NCBI GenBank assembly: GCA_027604505.1
Contig: JADIIX010000011.1
Coordinates: forward strand, 248,001-280,204
Direction: 5' to 3'
From: Gonapodya sp. JEL0774
Lineage: Eukaryota
DNA: 32,204 bases
Shown: in pieces, positions 11,244-22,789 of the stretch
How the letters are laid out: each line of letters starts with the position of its first letter
Position numbering within the stretch: the stretch's first letter is position 1
Notes under the pieces: model-generated
The model's database searches: none
What the model was told of the DNA's origin: nothing
The model's input: only the letters and a program-made list of their open reading frames with translations
Translations under genes and position numbers: made by a program

Positions 11244-13722
11244 TCAAACGCAAGGTTTATACAAATGAAGCATAGGCGATCTTCCACCTCTACGTGTCAT
11301 ACGTGCAGGGCTGGGCTCTGTGGGCACTTGGGGGGCCTGTTGCCGACACTTTGGAGACGATTCTTGTGGGACAGATAAGTGGTTGGGATATGAATACAAT
11401 GAACACAACCTAAAAGTACTCACCATCTTCATTTGGTGCTTGACGTCCATGCTGTAGTGTCCTTGGTTCAGGCTTTGGAGCTGAAAGGGCAGCATTCAAT
11501 CTAATTAGTTGAAGGGGTACATGAACACTACAACAGATCAACTTACGTTCAGGTTCCTTTTCCTCTTCTTTCCCTTCTTCCCCTCCATCCCCATCTTCGT
11601 CATCTTTGTCATCACTCTCATCTTCTGAAGATGTGATGTCTGGGTGCTTACTGAGAGAACTGTCAGAATCTGTCAGTGTAGCACAGTTAGTAAGCACTTA
11701 CAATAAACATGGATTGTGAGAGGGCACTTACCACTGTCCTGAGTACCAGCAACCTTGGCCTGGAGGTTGAGGTACTTAGTGACATCTGAGGAAACACATG
11801 TCAGTCCCTTCAGATATTCATTGCTTTAGTATGTCAATGAGAACTCACCTAATGGAGCGCCACGGCTTTTTCTTTCGGACTGAACCTACCATGGTGACTA
11901 CAAACATTGAAACAGCAGTGATGTTATGCATATGAATGTGTTGTAATAACAGACTCACGTGCTTTAGGGACTTTGATGGACACATTGTTGTCAGCTTCAA
12001 CAACATGCACCTCAGACTTGCTCTTTGCAGTGTGTTAAGGTGTCGTTGCCATGCAGAATGTTGACTTGACATAGCTGAGAAAATCGCGTTTGCGAATCAG
12101 TCTAAACAGAAGAACATTGTAAGAATGTCACAGGTAACAACAGTAAAGTTGGCCTCACTTGTCAAAAACCTCTCCCATGTCTTCAGTGGACTTGGTCTCC
12201 AGGTCCATTAAGTGGCTGTCAAGTGAGGAGTTAAGAAGATCATCAAGTACCCACAATGTGCACTTCCTGCCAAGAAGCTTCATCATGCCACGACCAAGTT
12301 CCCAGTGCTCATACTTGGAACTGCAATGTTGCTGTCGGAGTTGCTGATGAGGGTGAGAACCTTCATCCAGAATGCTGTTGGGAGAGGTGGAACGGTGAAG
12401 AACAAGACCTTCTTCAGGGCTTTCTTGGACTCTTGAGGGGCAGTATAAGTCTATATGACAAGAACAAGAGAAAGCATCAAAATGTAATGAGTGAAGAGAT
12501 ACATTTGAAATTGTAACTCACCAACATGTGGACCCAAGACATTGGCCAATGCGCACGAGCAGCGCCACTTGGAACTTCACCAGTTTAGAGACAAGGGAGA
12601 TTTCAAGGAAAAAAGCAGGTGAGCAACAGTGTTGGTGGTAGTGTAGGGCGAAGCTTCTTCCCGCAATCCTTGGTTGATTTGCAAGAATGCTGTTCATACG
12701 CAAAGTGGAGGAGCGAATGCACGTGAACCCCAGCAGAAGTGAGGTGCTTCAGAACCGCCTCGTACTGCAGAAGATCCAATTGCTGGAGCACAAAACTTGT
12801 GAGTGAAACGTCCACAAACAAAATTGCAATAAACCTACCTTAATGAGTATTCCTTTCAGCAAGAGCAACTTGATGCGTGTAATGTCATGTGGCTGTCAAA
12901 GTTGTGTGTGAAGTGGAGGGTGACAGAGCAGTGAACCTGTTGTTGATTGTTCTTTCTAGGAGCGATGTCTATTAGATATTGAAAGAACATGAAGTACAAG
13001 AAACAACTCACTGTTGACGTACTCTTCGGCAAGTCCTGTTTCTGGTGACAATGAATGCTGGTTACTCAAAACAAACTGCCACCAAATCGGTGGACAGCAA
13101 GATTCACTTCACCTTTTTCCTCGCCTTTGCTCCCAAGCCCAAGATGGTCTTTGCATCCCTGAATTACCTGGGCACATGTTGCAGTGCCAGGAAATGTATC
13201 TTAAAGAGCCACATGACATAACAAAGCTCTGATGTGCCAACAAACGTCTTCTGGAGTATCTTTCTGCAAGCGAGAAGCATGGTAGGATAGCAAAGCGAAA
13301 GTGAAACTTGAGCTCACCTTCAACACAATTGCACTGACCTCAAGCAAACCGTCCAACAACCCCGGAAGAGTTTGGTACTCAACTCCGTCAGCCTGCAGAT
13401 GGAAAATGGCAATCAGTCAGTAGTTTCCATTGACAATGCCAGAAAAGCATCTGCCAAGTGGGAAGAGGATGAAAATGGACATAGCAACAAAGCCTTGACC
13501 AATGAGGATACCCCTGCCAGATGCAGTGTTACACAAGCTTCCTCCATGCAACACCAACATGGTGAACACATACTTCAGAACAGTGATCCTGGCTTCATAA
13601 CGTTTGCGAACAGGCATGCACGTGTTCATCTTGATCTTCTTGATTGGGATTTGCCTCAATTCTGGCTTGTGCTATCTCCTTAGGAGTTCAGCAATAGAGG
13701 TGGATCCACAGACGTTCGACAT
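11244..13722 (-). pseudogene. Decayed multi-exon gene: ParB/Srx-like N-terminal domain + degenerate beta-class (N6A/N4C) DNA methyltransferase fold + acidic tail
   Basis: ParB-like part: IPIKKIKMN..VRKRYEARITVLK|GILIGQGF..IFIL..SGIV[N<D]GNY[*<R]LIAI (GxxR signature). Phase-0 exon chain 13263-13012, 12955-12839, ~12764-12522, 12450-~12159. It contains LLCHPPL and PTAFWMKVLTLISNSDSNIAVPSMSTGNLVVA(C)MKLLGRKC..LD, which is in register with the PxxLxxxLI..SNPGDxVLDPFMGSGTTxVACxxLGR consensus. Start ATG at 13722 is tentative. Confidence 0.65.
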
Positions 13723-13849
13723 GATGCTGAAGTGAAAGATTGGACAAGAGTTTTTTGGAAATGCTTTTGAGTGGCGATAATAAATGTTGCTGCACTTTTA
13801 CGTTCCAAGATGGCAGTCAGTAAAGCAGATTGTTTTGAAGAGAACTGCA

Positions 13850-16270
13850 GAAGACTCACACCACAGCAAACATTCCCACACCTTTTTTACAGCCGCCAAC
13901 CCACCCTCAAGTCCCCACTCTGCGAGTTGATCACGTGTCTTGTTTTTGAAAGAATTTGAAGGACTGGGGAAGGCAATTGAAGGATATCAAACAACTGTCA
14001 GTAACACAGAATGTTTTGAAGATAATTACAGAAGACTCACCACAGCGCGTACTCCCACACCTCTTTTTACAGCCACCAAGCCCACGTGACATCCCCACTC
14101 TGTGCATTGCTCAGGTGTCGAGATGTGGTATGGGGGTTGCAAGTGTGCTGATATTACAAACTAAAAGAGTTTCAAAAACAACCAAGCACTCACTGTTCTC
14201 TCCATGAGGCTGTAAGGGCCAAACTTGTATGCTAGCAGATCATCTGAGTGCTTGGGTCTCCACCACTTCTTGAGAAGGTCGACATGTTGATTGGTGCTAG
14301 GCAGCAATTTGAGCACCTGGACTGCTTTTTCCAATTCGCCTTTGGACTTGGGGTTTCAGAGTTGAAAGAACTTTGTTGCTTTGAACAAGTTGCCAAGAGA
14401 ATCCTGTATTGCTAGGATCACTTCCAGGAAGGCCAGAGTTTTATCAAGTAGAAACATGAGCACATCACTTGATGGGGTGAGCTCCCCCTCCAGTCAAAGG
14501 GACTTCTCGTCAATCAACAAGTGCAGTATCATTCTGATTGAGTAGCAGATCAACATTCCTGGGCGACAAGAAACAGATGCAATGGTTTTCTCACAATACG
14601 AGCATCTGGAACGCCCCTCTTGCAAATCCCAATGTCACTGGGGACTTGCCCATACTAATGTGTTGTGTCGTGCTGGCAAATATTATGGCACTTCCAGGAT
14701 CACATAGGTCCCTGACGTAGAGGACCAGACACGGTTCAGTTGATGACCTCAGAGGGCACTGCCATTCACTAAAGCAGGGCTCAGTTTAGCAACATGTCGC
14801 TTATGCAGTCAGAAAGCCCATAGTTTGCTCACATTGAGCTAAAATGCTTGTATGATACTTGTACCCTCCAACTTCCGGAGACATGCCAAAATGGTCTATT
14901 GATCCTGTACTTGCCTGGTGGGCCAGCCACTGTATGTACCAATCCACGATCCACACTTTCCCATGCAAATGCCTTTTCAGTGTCTGTGGTGAACACAGCT
15001 TTGATGGAGTAATCAGAGGTGGTGAACAGAACAGCATCAATTGCATCAGACATGACAACATCTTGCATGCTGGTTTCCTTGATCCCCTCCAACACAGCAG
15101 CAACCACCTTGTTGGAGTAAGATCCAGTTGGGGATTGAAATGGGCCCTGATGTAACAGACAGACAATTGACATGAGATAAATACCTTGTTGCATGCCTAT
15201 GGGTTATCAAATCAGCTTGGTGTGGTAGTCCTTGTTCCATGCAAAGGCCCCGTTCACTCCAATGGTGGTGGAGAAGTCACCGCTCCAACCCATTTAGATT
15301 TTCCTCTGGCTTTTGCAGATGCCTGCCCAAATAAGGTTTGCTGCATCCGTGTCCCAAAACAATATGGATCATTACCATTTTTCATACTGGTTATTATTGG
15401 TAAAGAAACCTTGAGTCAACTTTCTCACTTGGCAGTCATTCATCAATCATTCTCACTACTTTACGCAGACGTCATCCTCGCATTTTACTGCTCGCAATTT
15501 CTTTATTGAGCCACACGGCGATGCTTTGAATGGTGGGTGCGAGGTTTTGAGCCAGATGGCTGCCTGCCAACGTTGGAAATTGGATATGGCCCATTGAAAC
15601 ACAAAGTCAATGGATGAAAAACAAGGTGGGCAACACCAAAAGATATCTACATACCTTTTGTGTCCTGGATACTGGGAGGTCCCTAGACATTTTCCTGGCA
15701 GATACAGTGACGCAGACATCTTCAAGGGTGGGGTTAATTGTGTGGTTGAATGGCATGACCTCGTTGTTGTTGCCCAACTTGGTGTGAATAAATGTGGACC
15801 AAATTGCACCTGATGGCAGAATTTGTGAAATGATGTTATCAGTATGTAAATCAGTTGGTTGACCACTGTGAATGAACACCAAGCAGGAATATCTTACCTT
15901 GCGATCTCTTTTGCCCCAGATATCAGCCAAAGGTGGCTGGCATGGGTGTTTTATTCTTTTTCTGTGTGATGACCTTTGATTCGCGAAGCACCTGCCCAAG
16001 ATTGTATCCTATCAGAAATCAATGAATCATGACTCAAATATACAGGGAGTGTCACCATCTTACAGAAACTGTATTGGCGTTTGAGATTTCACCTTCTTAA
16101 CCAGTCCACCCTAAAATAGATGGGGCAAGGAGAAAGGGAAGGTCTGTTACTCTTCCATTATTTGATCATTCTTCAGATCAAAGCTACATATTGCTGACTC
16201 ACGTCGTTGTCCCCTGGTCTTTCCGTCCCTGCTCAGTTGCTCCAACCTGTGGCATGTCACCAAGAGCAGT
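13850..16270 (-). pseudogene. Decayed multi-exon gene of unknown function within the island
   Basis: Repeated gtgagt/gtaaga/gtatgt donors and (c/t)ag acceptors on the minus strand flank interrupted reading frames, e.g. ORFs 15607-15999 and 14829-15194. No family recognised. Confidence 0.4.
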
Positions 16271-17723
16271 CCTTGTCAAGATTTTCTATAATGGGTTCAG
16301 TCGCCATCAAGATCCACCATGGACAGACATTCAATAGTACAAATGGAAGTGGGTTGGGAGGCACATATGCAAGAGAGACAAAGTTATGAATGAGGTTCAG
16401 AAACAGTTGCATATTACAGAATCACAGAGCGGTACACAGGTGTTTGATATGATCAAATCCGTAGGAGCATTACATAGAATAACCATTTGAAGGATTTGGC
16501 GAAGAAAACTCCAGATCTCCAAGAAACGCAAGCGTGCAAATGTCTGTCCAACAGAAAACAAAGGGGTTGTACCTGCCCTTTGCTTCCAACATACTCAGGG
16601 AGGTGCTTGGTTTCTGAGTGTATTGGAAGGTCGCAAGTCAATGTATTTAGCTTTAAATGCGTCTGTTTTGCACACCAAATGGATTCGTAATGTTGTGGTT
16701 CGCGGCGGAACTGTTGGGTATCTGTCCCGAGACTCAATGTGTATATCTGAACTCTAGTACAATGTGTTCACTAAGCAGCTGCAGCTGAGCTGCCGGCACA
16801 ACTAAGATCACTAGGAAAATCTCAAAACTACTCTATATGCATTTATATACTAATAGATATCACATCTATCCAAGGAACGGGTGCCGCGACCAGGGGTGAC
16901 GCGTGGGGGTGAACGGGGACGACTGCTGTCGTGCTTGTGGGGTCACGTGACTCCGGCTAAACTCCCGCCTTTAGTTGTCGTCTCACAACAGTAACGAGTC
17001 GTTTATTTGCCGTTCACGATCGTTTACCCGCCATTCAAAGCAGAAAATATATGAATGTAAACACCAAAACTCACATGTTACAGTTCTTTGAACGTCCCAC
17101 TCCCACTTCCAACACGCCCCACCTTCTCCTCCCTCATCGCAGACAGTCACAGGCAGCCCCCGCCCACCCGCTCCACCCTCTGCATGACCCCAAGCCAGTC
17201 TTTCTCCGGATACTATTAGTAGCACGGACCCCGCAGACGCAACACCGGTGCCCGGGAACGTCCTACTAGCCGGTAGCGCCGCCCCAGACCCCGCAGCCGC
17301 GGCCTCCCTGGCTGTGTCGCCTCCATGACCGCGACACTCACCCGAACCTCTCTCCGCCACGCCTCACGTTTCACCTCGCGCTCTCCAAACCCCTCTGCCC
17401 ACGACGATGGAGTTACATTGGGACTTGTGTGTTGTAGTTTGATACGGCGGCGACATTTCTCTTGTCATGATTTTGATTTTATGATTTCAAAGTTTGTTAG
17501 TTTCACGGGTCCTCGTATCATTTTAAAAAGAGGGAGAGAGAATTACATGATTTGAAAGCTGATGCGAGTATCAAGACGCGAGTATCAAGAGCAGTCACCA
17601 GACTTCTCATCCCTCTGAACACAACAGACTCTCAGTGACAGTAACTCGTCCCTCCCCACGGCCTGTGATCTACTATCCTGAAACTGTATTCTGTTGGTGC
17701 TTCTAGCGAGATTTTGCGGTTAC

Positions 17724-20700
17724 ATGGACACTTTCTATGGCGAGCAGTGTTCTTCGTCTGAGCGTCTTGCTGCTCTGCTGACAGCAAGCATGTTACCTCC
17801 TGCACGTCCTTCAATCTCGTACAAGCACACGGACTTGTCTTCTGCCATCCCACTCGATACTGCAACAGCTGCAAAGACTCAACGAGCTCAACGAGTTCAC
17901 GAGGTTCTCAATTCATCCCCTTCATTCTCACACACAAATCTCGCGTCTCCCTCAGTAATAGATCGAAACCAACTTGATGGATCCTACAGGGCCGTAGTGG
18001 ATGAGATTCGGGCAGGGAACGCTGGAGCCAACTTCCCTGGAGGTGAAGACGCATGGTCCACAGACTTTGACGGTGTTTTGGGAGATCCTACGCCCAATAG
18101 CAAATTGATTAGGGCTCCAGATGATTCGGTGAGACATTTTTCAACGAAAAGCGTCGACGTGAGCAATCGAGGACTCCGTGGCAGCGGATCGAGCCCCTCT
18201 TCGTTATCTCCGACTCCAACTCCATTCGTCCACAAAGGCTCCGCGGGTGTTCTGGGCCTCGCCAATAGAATATCAAAGGCGTTAGGTGTGGTGCAGTGTG
18301 ACAGTGTTGGGCAGAACGGAAGTGGTGGTGGGGAGCACGTCCGCCCGCAACCGCGAGATACTTCAACTGCCTCAACTACCTCCAACCACCTCTTTACCGT
18401 CACCACCAAACACCTTGCTCTGACGTCTCTCGGCTCCCTCTTTCTCCTTCTTGTGTACCTCATGTTCCCTCTATCTCGTGATCCTCCCTTCGCGGGAGCT
18501 CCCAATATCTTGACATCGTTCTCCCTGTCGCGCAACCCGTTTGCCGACCTTTCTGCAGAGCGATGGGAAAATGAGTGGCGTGGCATGGGAGCCGATCCAG
18601 ATGTCATTGCGGCCGGATATGACATGGATGGGGAGAGGGTGGGATGCGTACCAGGCGGCAGTTCATGCTGGGAATGGGAGACCAGATTTTACGTACCCAT
18701 GTGAGTGACTGGACCGCTCCACTTGATCTAAGAACGCTCACGATCGACAGAACATCACTCCAAAAGCACCTGGCAAAGGATCCTACAACCTTCCAGCCCC
18801 AACACCGTCGCACTCGTATTTGGAGAACGCGGAACTGGCAAATCTACTCTGCGCATCTTGGCCGAGCAGATTTTTCGGCGACGGCAGGGAGAGGCGGGCG
18901 TCGTGGGAGATGGGATGGGATTCGGAAATGTGGACGTGGTGCGCGCGACGCAGCGTGGCGCTGGGTGGTTTCGGAAGTCGGAAAAGGAGTTTGGGAAAAA
19001 GAACGCAAAGCGGAAAGGATTAATGATCGATATTACTCCTGAAAAGGTTCGCGCCCGCTCCTGATATCCACAATTCGTTTTCCCTGTAAATCCGCATTGA
19101 CAGTCCCCTACATCTGCAACCGTAGCACTCTCTCAACATCTTCTTCCCCGCTCTTAAGCACCATATGTGGCATACGTGCACACTGCTACAGCGGATCATT
19201 CATACTCCGGAGTCATATTGGGGACTGGAATTTGACCGCGAGTTTACACTGGCAGATTTTGGGGACATGGTGCTAGCGAGAGGAATCAGTTTGATCGTGG
19301 ATGAGGCTGTAGACAGGTGAGCTCGGGAGGAGATCAGTAGAAAAAAACCTTGTTCGATCCGCGTATCCCAGTGCACGCACGCTGAACGTTTGCCAGTGTT
19401 CGCAAAACCAACCAATGCTCTCGTCACTGCACTTTGTCTTGATTCGCCAACTTTCTTTGTGCCCTCGACGACTCCCGTTATGTCTCCCCTCTTTTCGTTC
19501 GCACTGTCCGGTGACCTCACCCTGAATCTCCCGTGCCCAGTTCCGCTCGCATCCGCCCACCAGCCGTTCGCGCCTTTCGACTCCTCGGATTTTCTTCCAC
19601 CGAGAAGAAATTGGACAATTATCTGGGTGTGGGGGAGGCCACGGCGGCACAGGTGGGCCATTTCTTGATTTTTGTCACGAGTGATACCTGCACTGTTAGG
19701 ACCCGTCCACATCCACAGCTGGGGCTCTTCGCCGCAACCTACTACATGGGACCCTCTGACCGGCTTGAAACCTTTTTGGCCCTGCTTCGCCCGAGCAATC
19801 AACCAACCACATCCTGGCCCGCTCTCTGGACACTGTTCACCTCCAACATCATCCACCTTTCGTCCCAAGTGATGCTTCTCTGGGGCCGCTGGTCCGTAGT
19901 GATAGGTGTGACTCTCTTGGTCCTTTGGGCTAACTTCGCCGCGGGGGATGTGGTGGATGTGGCTGCGAAAAGTAACAATGTCCTCACAAAGACCGTCGTA
20001 GAGGTTCTAGTGCTACTTTGGTGTGTTTGGAGGGGAGTTGCTCTGTACAACTATGTCGCCAGTCTGGGCGCGAGCCCAGCGGCGCTGTGGTCCTGGGCAA
20101 CGGCGCTGTTGTCCCCCATAATCTCTGTGCGCTCCCAAAAGCCGTATGGCATTGCTTCTCTGGACCAGTCGTATGCTCTGCCACCACCTACAGGCCCCGT
20201 CGATCACCTCCCGTGGACACCACGCCCGGTGCGAGTTGTCCCACCTTGGCAGGGCAGAGAGGAGGCGGGTTCGCGGTATGCCGAGGCGTGCAGGAGGTTG
20301 AATTTAGGGTGGGAGGGGGACTCAGCGATGGGGCGATTGAAAAGGTTTCGAAGCGTCGTGGACGAGTTAGGAGTGGGGGAAGTGGTGAGTCGGAGAAGTG
20401 CGAGTTGCTATTTAGGGTGCTTGCGAAATGATTTTCTTTGCCTCCATCATGCAACACTACGACCGTCAAGGCCATTCTCGTCGACGGTGTTGACGAAACG
20501 TCGCTCTCCTCTATGGCAAGTTATCCACGCGTTTTGCCCCGGTTTGCTACCACCGTGATGGACCACGCCCTGTTTGAACTGTCTATGGATCGAACCATGG
20601 ATACGAGGTGAGGTGGCTCAATCGATATTTATGGAGTTGGAAGAAGTGCGAAGTTGACTCGCTCTCTGCTGCACAGCTTTTGGTTCTTCTTTCCGTTCAG

Positions 20701-21509
20701 TTTCGATACCGTGGGGAGCAGGAGGGTCAAGGAAAAGGGGAGACTGGATAAGTATGGATGGATTGAGCGTGAGTAGTCAGGGCGAGCGAAGCTGGAACCG
20801 CACCTTTTGAGCATTGCTCGGTCACATAGTGTTGACTGTTGTTGGCAAATCTCTTTCTTATCTTTGTTCCCTGACTTGAACGCTTCCTGGATACAAAATT
20901 CATGCCCCCCCAAAATTCAACGGGTACATACATTCCTTCAACACCAGTCCACTTCGACTCTGCCGATCTCATCCGAATAGCTTCGAAACGATTTTCTGCG
21001 TACCAATTGTGTCGGAACGCGGTTACTTTTCCTACTGGCACCGGAATGCAAGGGGCGGCCTTGAAGAGCGGGGGTGTACGGTGGTGGTTGTGGGGAAAGG
21101 AGAGTGGGAAGGAACAGCGACAGGGTCAAGCATTGGGATTCAAGTACAGTGAAGTGTGTAGGAAGGGGTTTTGGGATTTGTTTTGTGAGGAGAGTGAGAA
21201 TTTTGCAGGATCAAGGGATGGTGGGGACCGAACCAGTGGAGTTGGAAGCGACTCAAGTAGTGAAAAATCGTGGGTTTTTGATGTGGTGGAAAGGACCGAC
21301 TGGCTGAGGACGCCGAGGTAAGTTGTTTCGGTTTTTGGTTTTGATATGTGGCTGGCACAGCACACAAAATAAGCATGACTGTCGACGACCTTTCCTCGCT
21401 CTGTTCTTTTGTGTGTGTTCATGTACATAGACTCATGTTGAGTGTGATGAGAACCGTTTTTGAGCGAACCGCGGGTGTGAGTTATTTGCAAATTTGTCTT
21501 GAGGGGTAG
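17724..21509 (+). CDS. Membrane-anchored P-loop NTPase with TM segments inserted between Walker A and Walker B
   Basis: Phase-consistent exons 17724-18700, 18767-19046, 19126-19316, 19541-19652, 19719-20384, 20471-20607, 20677-20768, 20948-21317, 21431-21476/21509. Motifs: RNPFAD, FYVPITWQRIL..TVALVFGERGTGKSTLR (Walker A), EVAILVDGVDE (Walker B), RLDK..IELHF and LRTPR. Hydrophobic spans: LALTSLGSLFLLLVYLMFPL, WSVVIGVTLLVLWANF and VVEVLVLLWCVWRGVAL. The 3' end is uncertain. Confidence 0.8.
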
Positions 21510-22789
21510 GTAGGTATTTGCCTCTCGTCTCATCAACACTACCCCACAAATGCAACACAGAAATACCAAAACTCAACCATGAGTCCAACTGATCAGTGCG
21601 TGACGCGAGAAGAGCTTATGCGGGTATTGAAAAGTGTGGGTGTGATTTGCTCTGCTTTTGTGTAAGTTAACCTCACCCGAACTTGCATTTGACACCCCCA
21701 GCCACCCCCCGAAGCTCTGGTGTAGGGAGGCTGATATGCACTGTATTTTCATTTTCGTTTTCAATGGAGCACCAATGCAAGTGCAGTTTTGCGAGATTCA
21801 TGTATTAATTACAACAGGGCTTCAAAATGTAAATGGGCTCTGCAACTGTCTTACCAAAAATTAAAGACAGGCATACTAGGAGAAGAATATCTTGTCACTA
21901 GCGACCTATGAGCAACTTTGAGACTGGTATGCTGTCCTTTAACTGAACAACAGCATAAGACGATTCTCTTGTGAGCAGCAACGGTTCCGAAAACGGAATG
22001 TCCGTGATAATTTGTCCATGAATATTATTGCGTTTTTGTCCATGAACAAAACCAAACAGCAGAGAAAGAGTGTGGTACTTCTCTCGGCGCATATCATTGA
22101 CGACCGGAACTTAACTGTGGAGTGTCTCTGTAACCATGCGGCGGGGCATATCCAAGAGGGTTGTTGTAACCGTGGCTAGACATGATTCAGGGAAGAGAGC
22201 GGGCAGTAAGCTTCCGGGGAGACAGAGATAGGTCCCCGAGTGCAGAGTGCGCCGGCGTTGGAGATGCGACACAGTGGCAAGCAGAGATGGTGTTGATGAT
22301 GATAAAGCGGGAAAGACAGTTACTAGGTACATCCTGTAATAGTGGTACTCGAACTGGGAAAGAGTCTTTTACCAAGACTACCAGAAAAGTGGCAATGACA
22401 AGACAATTACATAGACTAAATGTATATGATTATGGAAACACAAGAAGCGAGTGGCGATAGTACCAAATGCATGTGAATGCTTGTGTGATTCGAGGTCGGT
22501 GTCCAGCGGAAAGACAGCTATGATAACTCCAATCAGAATCAAGCGAAGCGGACTCATTCGACCGGGCAAAAGAACGGAAACTCGTGAGAGAACTGGACGG
22601 TGCCCCTTGTTTACGTGCATTATGGGGTTTGTAATAGGGACTTTTTTGATGTGTTGAGGCCACTTCCTTCCAGCAACCCTCGCGAGCGCCCGTGCTCAGG
22701 TTCAGCCACAACCCCTAAGACCGTTCTTATTGGGCAACAGATCGCAATTATAAAATCAGATCGAATTGCAGACAACGAGAATCAGAGCG

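Larger units (their letters stand above)
9200..16870. mobile_element. CpG-depleted island of decayed genes (probable methylation-silenced mobile element relic); boundaries approximate
   Basis: Hand count gives 2 CG in 9361-9600 versus ~22 in 7561-7800. TG/CA are in excess and many in-frame TGA codons are consistent with CGA>TGA. CG density returns abruptly near 16877. No TIR, LTR, TSD or transposase was identified. Confidence 0.6.

Noticed and set aside
14490..14930. SF1/PIF1 helicase motifs (TVAGPPG; LLIDEKS) suggesting a Helitron
   Set aside because: No GK[ST] follows GPPG under any splice I could find, and the LLIDE frame could not be linked to it. Too weak.
16895..16951. ACGCGT and palindromic GTCACGTGAC (E-box) at the right edge of the island
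   Set aside because: Short motifs with no clearly associated gene start; could be chance.
17563..17590. 14-bp tandem duplication (YGCGAGTATCAAGA x2) upstream of the NTPase
   Set aside because: Only two copies, with no matching partner elsewhere to act as a TSD; likely slippage.
17984..18625. Long antisense/alternate-frame ORFs (also 3370-3822, 6794-7401, 19200-19868, 23862-24308, 24947-25666, 28922-29608, 31420-31986)
   Set aside because: Shadows of GC-rich or low-complexity exons of genes on the other strand or frame; no independent motifs.
20629..21129. Minus-strand ORFs resembling a GCR1_C/transposon fragment
   Set aside because: The region is explained by exons 7-8 of the plus-strand NTPase.
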